From assembly GCF_006345805.1 (NCBI RefSeq), contig NW_021832609.1, positions 1 to 64,000 on the forward strand: DNA of 64,000 bases. The letters are read 5' to 3'. How positions within the stretch are numbered: the stretch's first letter is position 1; each line of letters starts with the position of its first letter. Below are positions 39,120 through 51,950 of this stretch, in pieces. Both the position numbers and the translations under genes were made by a program. The notes under the pieces were generated by a model. That model was not told the DNA's origin, ran no database searches, and saw nothing but the letters and a program-made list of their open reading frames with translations. The stretch is from Octopus sinensis (taxonomy: Eukaryota).

Positions 39120-39434
39120 GAGATAATAGTTTCAGTATTAATAATGAAACTATTAAACCTGAAAGTATTATCTCACATTACAATAATGGAGATGTTATTG
39201 TTTCACTTTTGACACATGATACTGAAATAGCGTACAAGATAAGAGATTGCTCCAGGCTTGCATTAGGCAAGAAGTTGAAAACTTTTTGGGCCTATGACAC
39301 AGCATGGACCCAAAGTAATGCATGTGTAAAATTTGAATGAAATCAGTTGGGTGCTTCTCAAATTTTAGTGATCCACACCTACAGACACGTAGACAGACAG
39401 ACAGACATGCATTCTCCGTTTTATATATATAGAC
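39120..39434 (-). mobile_element. Helitron 5' fragment
   Basis: Minus strand starts TCTATATATATAAAACGGAGAATGCATGTCTGTC; same family as 1-170 and 22620-22945. Confidence 0.6.
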
Positions 39435-41135
39435 AAGGTCTTTTTCTTTTGTTCATCTACCCTAGTTTTCTCATTTTGTAGCAGAGGTGTGGCTCTGCAA
39501 AGCCTCGAAAAAATGCAGGGTGGTCCATAGGACGAAAATTTTGAAAGAGTTTGGGAACCAAGGTTGTAGAGCAAAATGTTCTCTTTCAAATAACATAAAA
39601 CATTTTGCCTATGTGTTTTATTTCTGCTTGTATTTTAAGTTTGGGAAAAATTCTCAGGAATTATTCCTCCACTCAATATATATATCATCATCATCATCAT
39701 TTAACGTGCATTTTCCATGCATGCACAGGTTCGACTGTTTGACTGAGGTCTGGAGAGCCAGCAGCTGCACCAGGCTCCAATCTGATCTGGCGATGTTTCT
39801 GCAACTGGAAGCCCTTTCTAAAGCCAACAACTCCGAGAGTGCAGTGGGTGCTTTTTACATGCCACCGGCAGGGGGGCCAGTCAGCGGGTATTGGCATTAG
39901 CCATGTTTAGTTGGTGCCTTTTACATGCCACCAGCATGGGAGCCAGTCAGGCAGATTTGGCTTCAACTGCATTGAGATGGTGCTTTTTATGTGCCACTGG
40001 CACAGGAGCCAGTCAGGGGGCACTGGCCACAGCTACAATATTGGTTTTACTTGACTCAACAGGTCTTTTCAAGCATATCATATCACACGATACATCAGGG
40101 GTACTCTTAACTGGGCTGGACATGTGTGGCTGCAATCTGACTTTAGTTGCTGGGTCTTCTCAATCACAGCATATCTCCAAAGGTCTCAGAATAGCATGTT
40201 GCCAAATAAATACACAATGTGGAAAGTCAATGAAACAGCTGCAGCTGTGAGGCATTGAGAAAATACATCAGAAGGCTATATTAGAACAAACATCGTAATT
40301 TATTAGGATGGCAATGAGAGTAGGCAATTGTTGTATGTAGGAATCAAGGAAGGCCATTGAACTTACTATTACAGAAATGGGTAGAAGCATACCACAATAA
40401 AGGTAGGAAGAAGTTTAAACAGGCAAGTTCCATCCATAGAGAATAATGGGATTCGCTGTGTGAACTTAATGTATATCCCTAAGATTACAGTGTTATAATG
40501 AGTCCCACCTATACTAGCATGGAAGGCGGACATTAAACAATGATGGTGATGATGATGTTTATGTTGATGTAATGCCATCAGGGGTAGTGTCCTTCCGAAG
40601 TCCCACTGAAAATAGCTGTTTTCTCGTCAAAGTCTTCTGCTAACTGCTGTCTGATTGACTGGAACAGAATTCATTTCTGGATGGATGATGCTGTATTTAT
40701 AACTATGCAACCAGCTGTGATTGGCTGTAATTGCCAAAGCACGACTGTATATAGCACCTCCTTGACTCACTACAAAGGCATGTTGCTTAGTGGTTAGGGT
40801 ATCTGGCTACTGATTGTAAGGTCGTGTGTTTGATTCCTGGTGGCTTGTTGTGTTTTTGAACAAGACACTTTATTTCACATTGCTTCAGTTCACTCAGCTG
40901 ACAAAAATGATTAGTACTTATATTTCAACAGACTGGACGTGTCAGATTGTGTTGCACTGAATCTTCCTGAGAACTACATTGAGGGTGGGTGTGTTTGCGG
41001 AATGCTCAGCTGATTCCATGTTAATTTCACAAGCAGGCTGTTCAATTTATAGGATCAACAGGAACCCTTGTCATTGTAACTGACTGAGTGCCAGTAGTAA
41101 TACATGAATGTATGTGTGTGTATGTGTGTGCATGT

Positions 41136-44100
41136 CAGTGGCGTGTGGTGACTTCCGGCGTTGGGCATGCAATTAATTTCATTGCCCCCCCACCTCCACC
41201 GGCAATTTTTCAGTAAAACATTTCGTATTCCTACGATTTACATATAAGAGATTCTGAATATGCAGAATAAACAGGGAATAAAAAATGGCTGTGCAGAGAT
41301 GATCCTGAAATAAGTGTATTGTTTGTATTATTCTTTGCTCTTCAAACGTCAGTACTTTCCCATCCTCATTCTCCCTTAGAAAAGTCTAAAAATCATAAGT
41401 GAATGTAATAAAGATGAAATGGATTCTGTCAATATTTTTGCATATTCAGAATCTCTGTTAAAGGTAGGAATCCGAAAAAAAATTTTCACATAAATTCGTT
41501 TTTCAAAGGGGTGCGATTCTGCATTAGCCCCTATACCTATCGGTTGAGCTGAATGAAATGATTTAATTAAAAGAACACATTTAGTTACATTATATGGCCA
41601 TGGTTTTAGATCGTTACGCTCTCGAAGACAAGTCAGGTTCTTTATCATGCTACTTGTCAATTCCAGGAAAATTATTGACTGTTCTGAGACTTACTGAACT
41701 CCGTACATTAAAGGACTACGTCTCACGCACAAACATTGAAAATACACGCATATACATGAATACGCACACAATGAAAGACAGCGAAAATTCAACATTGTAA
41801 AAAGCCTCCCAAAACTGTTGTGGCAGAAGTCAACATCTCTGAGATTGAAACAAGACACTTATTGAAAGTGAAACAAAACACTTATTTACGGCCGTAAATA
41901 GACTACACCCAGCAGCACAGAAAGGGAAATCTATGTAGGTAGGTTTCACGAAGAAATCAAAACATTTCTCCTGCGAAACAATACTGATGTAAGAAGGTCG
42001 AACCTTACGTTATAACAACACTAAGCAAAACCTGTAATATATGCTCTTTAATATATATTTTTTTTAATGTTTTAAAATGTTACTTAGCTCATTTATAAAT
42101 TAATTCAATTCTTCGATCTTTCTGGGCAAATATATCTATCACATTTTCATAGAAATCTTCTCTTTTCATCAATTCTTGTAATAAATCTTTTTCAATTGAC
42201 ATTAGTGCTAACCCAGACAGTCTTCTTTCTCCTGTCGCATTTCTTTGGTATGTTTTAATTCTACTTAATGCAGAAAAGGATCGCTCTACAGAAGCAGTGG
42301 TAGACGGAATTGTCAAAATCAACTTGCACAGATTGAAGAGTTCTGGCATAGCTTCAACAAGATCAGTGCTGTTAATGTAACTCATTAAATGACTTACACT
42401 TGGTTTTTTAAAATCTTTCATTGAATACATCACATTGAGCTCACTTTGTAATCGTATTACATCAAAAAATCTGCCATAAGTTGTTCTTAAAGAATCTAAA
42501 GAGTCCACAGGAAATTGTTTGCAATACTCATCAACTTTGTTGAAATTCAAAAGTTCCATGAATTTAAACTCTTCTAAGGATGAATATCGTGCTTTTATTT
42601 GGTCAACTATTGTACTTATAATTTTGTTATAAAGCGTTCTATAATGTCGTTGGGGATCAATAGATATATTCTTGGATCTCTGAATTCCGATTCCTGCATC
42701 GACTCCATATTTTCCCCTAACCTATCATAAAAGACTGAAAAATTATCAAGTTTGTTTTCGAGTACAGTTCTAGTTTTATCTATTTGCTGTTTACAATACA
42801 CTATGTCATGACTTTTACTCTGGAGTATGTTAAATAAGACGTCAGTAAAAGAAAAAATGTCACTGAATACCTCTAACAAAAATAAGAATCAGGAGCTTTT
42901 AAAATATGTAAGAATCCAATTGCTGAATTTATGGTAGTCTCATCCCATGCTTCAGGATTTTCAATGATGTGTTCAAAAAGGCTGATTATGAAATTATAAT
43001 TTTCCTTTATGGTAATAATAAGACGTGAGGAGTAATTCCATCTAGTTGCTGTTGCTTTCGGAAATCTTTTTTTAACAATATTATCTAATGCATTAGTCCT
43101 TTTCGGTGATTTCGTAAAAAATGTACCGAGTCCATTTATTGTAGAAAAAATATCTTGCATTCTTTCATAGCAGAGCATGATTGTGAAAGAACTAAATTTA
43201 GGATTTGGGCACAACAATGAATAAAGATCGCACATTCATATTTCTTTCTTACTTTTGCCTGTAACCCATTTAGTTGTCCTGCCATTGTAGCGGCACCATC
43301 ATATGTCTGCGCAATCAATTTGTTTCCACATTCCCACGTCTCAATGCATTTAAAAACATGTTCAGATAAAGCATTTGCAGATCGATCTGCACTAACATCA
43401 CTAAAACCGATAAATCGTTCTTTCGTCACACAGTCTTCTGTAACATAACGTAAAACTGTTGACAGTTGTGAAGATGCTGAGACATCAGATGTCTCATCAA
43501 CAAGAATAGAAACAAACTTAGCTTGGTCAATTTCCTTCTGCATCTCATTCAACATAACTTTATGAATTGCTTCGATCAAGTCATTTTGAATTCTGTTCGA
43601 CAGACCAGTGAAGATAGAAGCTGTATCTAAATGACTTTCCATTTGTTTGTCATACTTACTGATCAAATAAACGAGTTCTTTATAATTTCCCCGATTATTA
43701 GAGCCTTCAGATTCAAAATGACCCCAAAACGATAATTCCTGGAGGCCTAAAAATATAACAACATCGATCAATCGTTGCAGAATGGATCTGTTTCGTCGAA
43801 CTTTCTCATTATGCTGTTGTATGCTTTGATTTTTACGTGCATCTAATTGTAAGTCTATGCGAACATTCCCGAATATTTTAGGTCTATCAAACATTTTATA
43901 TGCCTTTGAGAACGCTCGTGCTTTAGCATAGCCATATGTAAATTATTTAAATCATCATAGCCTTTATCATTCCAAACATTTTTTTCTAAGCCAAAAAGTA
44001 AACACGGCCAACAGAATAATTTATTAAGAGCAACACTTCCAGTAACCATTCTTCTTTTCATACGAATTAACCTGAAATTGTCTCGTGAATTTCTTGTTGT

Positions 44101-44925
44101 AGCTTCGCAAATTAGGTAAATTCGGTGTTGGTCTCCCGCGATTTATAATTAATTTTTTCCCATCGAAGTCCCTTTTAGAAAAACTAGTTCTCAAAATATC
44201 GTTTATAGCACACATTTCACTCATTTTTAAAAAGGCTGCTCTTATTTAAGGACCCACGTGGAAGCGCCGGCGTAAATTTTAAGTCAATTTCAACAAAACG
44301 GAAAAATACCCTTTGTTAAATTAATTTAAGATTAATTAGCTATTTCTGAAATAAGAAATATAATGTAGATATTTTTGCTTTCAAAACTTTCTAAAAATAT
44401 GATAGTGCAAACGGATGTTTTGGATAAAAAATTTCAAACTTACATGCGAAGGCTATTCCAACATTTCAGCTGGCTAAAACAAGAATTATGGGACGGCTCG
44501 TGTTCCGGTCAAAATAGCCAGAGGCGTGATATGCGATCTAAGCACAGCATGACACGCCAAACTGAATTTGTCGAATCGCTGAGAGAGAAGGGGGTGACCA
44601 TTCCTCGTAGTATATCTTTTAAACAAAGAAAGAGGGAGAAGGGACAAACTATCAAAGACAGAGAGAAGGGACTCATGCTGTCTTCCCAACGCATGACAAG
44701 CGATAAATTTATCGAGTCACTAAGATAGAGAGAGAGAGAGAGAGAGGAAGGAAGGACAAACTAATACAGACAGAGAGGAGTGTGTATCATGCGATCTTCT
44801 AAAAGCATTTATCAAAGCAGATGTACGAAGTGGAGACAATATTTCTAAAACAACTGGACGTATTTTCTTTGAAACAAGGAAGGCATGCAGCACATACCTT
44901 GCATTGCTGAGAGTGCACGCCCCTG
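41136..44925 (-). mobile_element. Full-length hAT transposon (ZMYM1-like transposase), frameshifted
   Basis: TIR CAG(T/G)GGCGTG and a perfect 8-bp TSD GTGCATGT (41128-41135 and 44926-44933). Confidence 0.93.
42089..44224 (-). pseudogene. hAT transposase in 6 ORF pieces
   Basis: ILVDETSDVS, QTYDGA, FIHCCAQILNL, TRWN, PSTTASVERSFSALSRIKT (hATC dimerisation domain). Confidence 0.92.
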
Positions 44926-45680
44926 GTGCATGTATATATGTATATAGGTAAAAGTTCTTGAAATTCTTGCAGATCAAATTCAGAATTGAATTAATAGTGA
45001 ATCAGTTGATTTTATTTTTCCACACATTTCTCAGTTAAGTAAACATATTGATTATTTACACAAACTATTTCAAAAAATGTTGTAACAAAGGTTATTGGTA
45101 ACTTGCCATCTGAAAAGAAGTCAAAATGTGAAAACAAAGAAAGATGGTGCCACTCAGTGGGACTGAACCTCAAACCACATGGTTGCAAAGCAAGCTTCTT
45201 AACCGCACAGCCATGTCTACTCCTCTACACATATAATATAACATCATGCTGTTTCTACTTTCTATGGTGATATGAATTGGATGGATTGACAGGATTCAAT
45301 GGATTGGAGGTCCAGATCTTACTTCAGTGTTTTGATGCAATGAAGGAAATGCATTTGATCATATGTCTGGCTTGGGTGTAAACAACAACAAAAGGACTTG
45401 ATCATCTATCCACTTTTAATGCTGAGTATGAAAAAGTGGAAGAGAAAATGCTCTTTTTCTTGATTTATCACACTTGCAATGATAGTTAAATTTATTATGC
45501 ACTCCTATATATGTCAATTATTTTTATTTGACTTTTCTGTATCATCTATATCCATATATTTTATTATAATATTATATTATTGATATTTTTCAATGCATCT
45601 TAGAAGTAGTTCATTTCAAATATCATGCACCACACTCACACATACAAACAATAAATAATTTTTCATTTTCTCTTTTAAAG

Positions 45681-45719
45681 ATGCGGCACGTGCTAATGCA
45701 ATTTCATCCAAGCCAAACA
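45681..45719 (+). CDS. Candidate 39-nt symmetric phase-1 exon (DAARANAISSKPN)
   Basis: Acceptor TTTTCATTTTCTCTTTTAAAG and donor A|GTAAGTATAATTAA, the same intron start as the 42-nt exons. Confidence 0.6.
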
Positions 45720-46079
45720 GTAAGTATAATTAATGCCATTACTTTCAGAATTATATATATACAGTTAATATATATAATAGTAATATGTACACTACACACA
45801 CCCAAACATATGCATGCATACACACACACGCACAAATACAAATGTCAAAACAGAAGAATGAAAATGTTTGGTATAATTTAATTTTACGTTACGCATGTTT
45901 CATTATAGAATTGGTGTCACAAAAGTATACATGTTGAAAAATGTATAGAACCTCTGTCTATAATTCTTCAAAGAGTTTAAAATATTAAGAGGAGTGAAAA
46001 CAAGATAGAGAAAATACATATATTTATGTATATACATGTACACACATACATATGTACACATATATCTATACTTATATAC

Positions 46080-46123
<44 letters not shown>

Positions 46124-47689
46124 ATGCATATAAATATAAACAAACTAATGGTAATTTTTATTTGGAGCATTGAAATATGTATTCTATGAAAGAAACAAGA
46201 AGCTGATGTTTTTTTATTGCAGTATTGCTGTCAGAACAACAGAGATAATGGGTAAATAGCTTTACAAGGCGAAAAAAGTTGTCAACAAACTTTGTTTAAA
46301 AAAATATCAACATCTTATTTGTATTGTACAATGCACATTTTGACACTTCTAATAAAAGCAACATGCGTGGTTGTTCAATAAGTTATTTAGCATCTAAATC
46401 GGCAGATGAATTTGTCAGCAGGCAGTTTAACTTAATGGCAAATCACTCAGCTGGAGTCTTGGGGGATGTAGATTCAAGTCCCATGGCTGTTTGTCAACAA
46501 CTTTTTCCACCTTTTAAGGGTATTTACCCATTACTTCCGCTGTTCAAATGATAACACTGCATTAAAAAAATATCAACTTTTGTTTGTATCACACAATATA
46601 TGTGTGTGTGTGTGTGTATGTGTATGTATTACTGTAGTATCTGTGCCAAGCAGTTTAGGTATAAGCTAAATTTATGTTTGTGACATATTTCAAATACAAA
46701 AGGCAAATTCAGAGCAGTTACCAGAGAGAAAAATTCTCTCTTACTGTAAAAAAAGGTGTAAAAACACCATATCTATCCAGTGCTGTCACCTGTCAGATTC
46801 TCAGACATGGATGTTTTTAGCTTCTAGCCATTATCAATGTGAAATACCAAGAGAGACAACTCTGGACAGACCTTTAACTAAAACACAGTCAACAACAATT
46901 ACTGATGTGCGCCAGTAGACCACCAAGGTCATGAAAGTTACAGTAATATTAGCACCAAGCAGTATTTAGGTATAAGCCAAAAATATATATTTATACACAC
47001 ATATATATACATTCAGACATCTGCATGAATGCAAGCACCATCATCATCATCAATGTCATCATGTTTTAACATCTATATTCCTGCTAGCATGGGATAGATG
47101 GTTTGACAGGAAATGGCAAGCTGGAGAACTACATCAGGATCCATTGTCTGCTTTGGCAAGATTTCTATGCCTGGATGTCCTTCCTAACTCTAACCACTTT
47201 ACAGCAGGATTGCAAAGTAACTTGCAAGACAAAGACCTCTTGGCTGGGAGTAAGCAAAGAAGCATTGTGCCAGTTGAGAGGTTAAAGTGTAATAGAGAGA
47301 TAGAGAGATGTCTTACTATACTTGGCTACACCGCTAGAAAAAGAAAGGAGAGTTAGAGTCAGAGAGAAAGACAGACAGAAGAAGATGACGTTGGAGGTGC
47401 AGCAGGACATATACACAGGGTGCTGTGTGGAAAATATAAATGGTACACAGGGGATAAGAGGAATGTTTCATAAGTGTGTGCAGGGAGATGTTTAGAAGTG
47501 TGGAAGAGGTGACTGTAGCAGTTGTTGCTGAAAGAAATTGGAGTGGATGTGGGTAGTATGGTAGATATGTGAGGACATGGAGAGTGTGTAAGGAGACATG
47601 TGAAGGGGCCTGCAGTGGATAGTGAGAAGATGGTTTGTGGGGGGGGGGGATTTGGCAGAGCAAACGCTATGCCTGAGTATTAGTGGACA

Positions 47690-48070
47690 TGGTTATAAAG
47701 GACATGTCTCTATGGCCACGATTTTACTTAGCTTAATGTGTCTTCTGAAGCTCATCAAATTGCCAGGATTTTTGGTTGCTTGTCATCTCTTCTGTGAGGC
47801 TAAACATCTGAAGATTATTTCTCACCACTTCATCCTACATCTTCCTGGATTTACCAGTTTCACAGGTTCCTTCCACATTTGGAGATTGGCACTTCTTTAT
47901 GCAGTTGTTCTCATCCATATGCATCGCATGACCATGAAGGCAGTCTTCCCTTTTGCACACTATATCTGATGCCTCTTATACACAGTTTTTTCAGTTTTAC
48001 ACTTGAAATATTTACACTCTCATGTACATATATTTTGTCATTACCCATCCAGTGGAGTACACACTCCCAA
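47690..48070 (-). mobile_element. RTE LINE C-terminal fragment
   Basis: Homologous to 7780-8260 and 25968-26285. Confidence 0.65.
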
Positions 48071-48439
48071 GCACACAGACATGTTTATGAACTTAGACAT
48101 GGTCTATAATTATATATGAAAGTAATTCTATACACAATATATGTAGCACATAAAAATATATGAACTATTTCAAAATTTTGTGTGTGTGTGTACCTGTGTG
48201 TTTGTGTATGTCTTTCAACATAGAGACAATGCAACACATACTTCAAAAAATGACTTCCACTTTAATGATAGGTGGTGGTGGTGGTTGTGTTGTTGTTGTT
48301 GTTATAAGAGAAATTCACTGGGAGAGAAAGTGAGAGAAATTATGTGTGTGTATGAGATAGAATCAAAGTTATTTCTAGTAAAAAAAAGTTGTAGTTGTTG
48401 AAAAAGGAATACGGTTAGAGAGAGAGAGAGAGAGAATGA

Positions 48440-48479
<40 letters not shown>

Positions 48480-48504
48480 TAGAGAGATAGATAGATGATT
48501 GATT

Positions 48505-48541
<37 letters not shown>

Positions 48542-49179
48542 TTGGGTAAATAGGTATGGAAACTGTTGTCACCATAGTGTACTAATGAAACTTTCAACAG
48601 ATAAAAGTTTATTCTAAAAAGAAGGTATATACATGATTAACAAATATTTTTACCAGTAGTATAGCCACAGGTAAAGACTTAGTTGATAATAAAATAATCT
48701 GCCATGTTACTTCTAGACACATACAATAACACATACATACATCAACACACACACACAGATATTACAGATGTCAATAACAGTAACTATATTTGTCTTACTT
48801 CTTGGACTGAAGCTGTCATAATCTTAAATAGGAAATAGACATAGTAAAATTTAATATTTTGTTTTATTGTGTTATCTATTTATTCTTTATCTTATGTCTC
48901 AATGATATAGTAGTCATTTTTCAAATAAGCATCAAGAGTATAAATAGTAATAGTTCTTCCAATTATAGATGCAAGGCCTGGAATTTAGAAGGAGCATTCA
49001 GCCTGTATTTGAGAGAAGCAGGCTTCAATTCTCCATAGCTGTCTACTGGCAACATTATTTTTATCTCCCTAGGGAAAACACCCTATCCTTCTCAGTTGTT
49101 TTAACAGCAATGCTGCATTCAAAGTTTACTTTCATGTCTGTAATATATATATATATATATTATATATATATAATATATA

Positions 49180-49425
49180 TATGTGGCACATAAAAACACC
49201 ATCCGAGCGTGGCCGTCTGCCAGCCTCGTCTGGCACCTGTGTCGGTGGCACATAAAATCACCCACTACACTCTTGGAGTGGTTGGCGTTAGGAAGGGCAT
49301 CCAGCTGTAGAAACACTGCCAGATCTGACTGGCCTGGTGCAGCCTTCGGGCTCCCCAGACCCCAGTTGAACCGTCCAACCCATGCTAGCATGGAAAGCGG
49401 ACATTAAAGGACGATGATGATGATA
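49180..49425 (+). mobile_element. RTE 3'-end copy
   Basis: One 60-bp unit plus GGAGTGGTTGGCGTTAGGAAGGGCATCCAGC...CCATGCTAGCATGGAAAGCGGAC. Confidence 0.8.
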
Positions 49426-49648
49426 TATAAAAATAGAAATATTAAATTTCTAAATATCTCAGGGTGATATAAGCAGTGGTGGAACGATAGAGCAGTTGTA
49501 TACTGTCAACTTAACATGACAGTTTCATAAAGGGAATCACACCATTTAGCCTTAGGAAGCATCAAGGCTTCCTGTGGGCCTTGACATATTTCCTGTGTCC
49601 TTATGTTTACAAGGAGGAGACAAGCACCCCCACCCAGCTAAGCCTGTA

Positions 49649-49688
49649 CCAGAGACATGTTTGTGAGTCTTGCTCGTCATCAGTCCGG
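49649..49688 (-). ncRNA. Type I hammerhead-like motif (G12 mutated)
   Basis: CCGGA-CTGATGA-CGAG-CAAGA-CTCA-CAA-ACATGT-C-TCTGG: 5-bp helix I, GUC triplet, palindromic helix III. Confidence 0.55.
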
Positions 49689-50123
49689 GGTAGAGGGCTT
49701 GCTAGCTGACTGCAGATGCTTGTCTAGAACTTGTAAATATATATAATTTCAGTGGAGTAAATTCACTGATCACAAAGAAAAAAAAATAGAAATATTAAAT
49801 TTCTAAATATCTCAGAGAGATATAAGCAGTGGTGGAACGATAGAGCAGTTGTATACTCTCAACTTAACGTTAACATATGTATACTTATATATACGTGTAT
49901 CAATAACACTGTGTACAAACTCTATACTTGGAGTGACCAATTTTAAATACTACTGGAATTTACTCACAAGGTATTGGAATCTTATATGTATACCATTCTA
50001 CCTAAATAATGGATCTACAAATGCAATATCCCTGCATATCTCACATATATTTTCATTCCTCCACTTCACTCTCTATTTCATATCTTATCTAAATTAACTA
50101 TTTCTTAACCATTTTCTCACACC

Positions 50124-50171
50124 GTTTCCGATGAAGGGATGTATAAAACGTCCCGGAAACAGTTGTAAGAC
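50124..50171 (+). ncRNA. Type I hammerhead-like motif
   Basis: GTTT-CCGATGA-A-GGGATG-TATAAAA-CGTCCC-G-GAA-ACAGTTGT-A-AGAC. Confidence 0.6.
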
Positions 50172-50403
50172 CTTCTATTTATAAATGTTCTAAAATCTTC
50201 ACAGCCTTGGATTTTTTTTATATACACTTGCTGATATATGACCTACTTTGGACTCTTTATTCGCATAATCTCCGAACCTGGAGCTTAACTATGGTCTGTC
50301 CATAGCACTTACTCAGCATTACCTGACACTTTTGGGTCTTATTGGCACCATTACCTCTCATAACTTATATATATATATATATATATATATACACGCATAC
50401 ATG

Positions 50404-50602
50404 CATTATAATATCAAGGGCTATTACTGTGCAAAAAGCCACACTCTTTAATGGGATTCTAAAGTCAAACTACTTCAATAAATATATACATGCATCGACA
50501 TCGATGTGGGCACGTATGTATACTTATTGAAGTAGTTTGACTTTAGAGTCCCATTAAAGCATGTGGCTTTTACACACAGTTATAGCCCTTTATATTATAA
50601 TG
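50404..50602. repeat. Diverged fold-back with ~87-bp arms
   Basis: 50404-50490 is the inverted homologue of 50515-50602. Confidence 0.75.
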
Positions 50603-50716
50603 TATTTTATAAATAGAGGAAGAATTTAGATTTTTTTTCCTTAATTGGTTTACATGCTGGTACTCACTAAAATCTTATATAGATTTCATCATTATACATA
50701 TATATATATATATATA

Positions 50717-51098
50717 GTGGAGGCGCAATGGCCCAGTGGTTAGGGCAGCGGACTCACGGTCGTAGGATCGCAGTTTCGATTCCCAGACCGGGCGTTGTGA
50801 GTGTTTATTGAGCGAAAACACCTAAAGCTCCACGAGGCTCTGGCAGGGGATGGTGGTGATCCCTGCTGTACTCTTTCACCACAACCTTCTCTCACTCTTA
50901 CTTCCTGTTTCTGTTGTACCTGTATTTCAAAGGGCCGGCCTTGTCACTCTCTGTTCACACACTGAATATCCCGAGAACTACGTTAAGGGTACACGTGTCT
51001 GTGGAGTGCTCAGCCACTTACACGTTAATTTCCCGAGCAGGCTGTTCCGCTGATCGGATCAACCGGAACCCTCGTCGTCGTAACTGACGGAGTGCTTC
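50717..51098 (+). mobile_element. Young tRNA-derived SINE; older copies at 29487-29830, 30355-30510 and 40780-41095
   Basis: A box TGGCCCAGTGGTTAGG and B box GTTTCGATTCCC; CpGs retained. Confidence 0.85.
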
Positions 51099-51135
51099 CA
51101 ATTGCAATTTCCATATATATATATATATATATATA

Positions 51136-51530
51136 CTAGCAGTATCGCCCGGCGTTGCTCGGGTTTGTAAGGGAAATAATTATATAAGCATTTTTAGAGA
51201 TGTAAAGTATAATAGCCATCTCAATATGGCTAACCACAAAGGGGGAGGGTGTTTACTGTAGCTTTTACGTTCTGAGATTTAATAATAATTTTAGAGAGTT
51301 ACTTACTTCCCTATATATGTCAAAAATGGATAAAAATGGGAAAAATTGATGGTAAATTTTTTTTTAAATCGTAGACTCATCGTAGACGCGCGCTAATACC
51401 CAGACGGTCTCGATATGAATCACGACTATAAGATACCACCCGCTTTGGTTAAACTGCACCGCAAAATGTGGGAGTTTAGGAATCTAAATCGTAGGAGACA
51501 GACACACAACCTCACTTTTATATATAAAGA
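51136..51530 (-). mobile_element. Complete 395-bp non-autonomous Helitron
   Basis: A|TCTTTATATATAAAAG start; CCCG-AGCAACGC-CGGG hairpin and CTAG|T end. Confidence 0.85.
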
Positions 51531-51614
51531 TTGCCTCTATTTACATAATATTGAGGTCTCTTTCTTTCTTTGTTATCTTACTGTTTTTACCAATATACAT
51601 ATATATATATATAT

Positions 51615-51950
51615 ATAAATATATATATAGTTACAGAGATGTACTTGCATAGCAAGTGACTTGATCTGAGATCGTGTGCTGGAACGAAAACAGTTGCAGC
51701 GTTGAAGGTGTTTATAAGCCATTTAAGAAACAACAAAACCGTTAGATTCACTTCAACATTTAAATTAAATTTGTCAAAATATTTTCGTCGCTTTGAGACC
51801 GCGACCTGTTAGCACGATATTTTTGTCAGTGAACAGGTCGCGGTCTCAAAGCGACGAAAATATTTTGGCAAATTAAATTTAAATGTTGAAGTGAATCTAA
51901 CGGTTTTTGTGTGTTTCTTAAATGGCTTACAAACACCTTCCACGCTGCAA
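51615..51950. mobile_element. Fold-back element (~117-bp arms, 51694-51810 and 51832-51950) carrying a hammerhead
   Basis: Near-perfect inverted arms in (TA)n context. Confidence 0.85.
51822..51872 (+). ncRNA. Type I hammerhead-like motif with G3:C8 swap
   Basis: TTTGTCA-GTGAACA-G-GTCGC-GGTCTCAAA-GCGAC-GAA-AATATT-T-TGGCAAA. Confidence 0.6.

Noticed and set aside
48601-48624. Further micro-exon candidates (here, 13039-13085, 14068-14123, 46219-46247, 57860-57892)
   Set aside because: The splice signals are weaker or the phase gives a stop when joined to the chain; they cannot be supported without RNA data.
50717-50790. tRNA gene
   Set aside because: The A and B boxes run directly into a SINE body; this is a SINE head with no complete cloverleaf.
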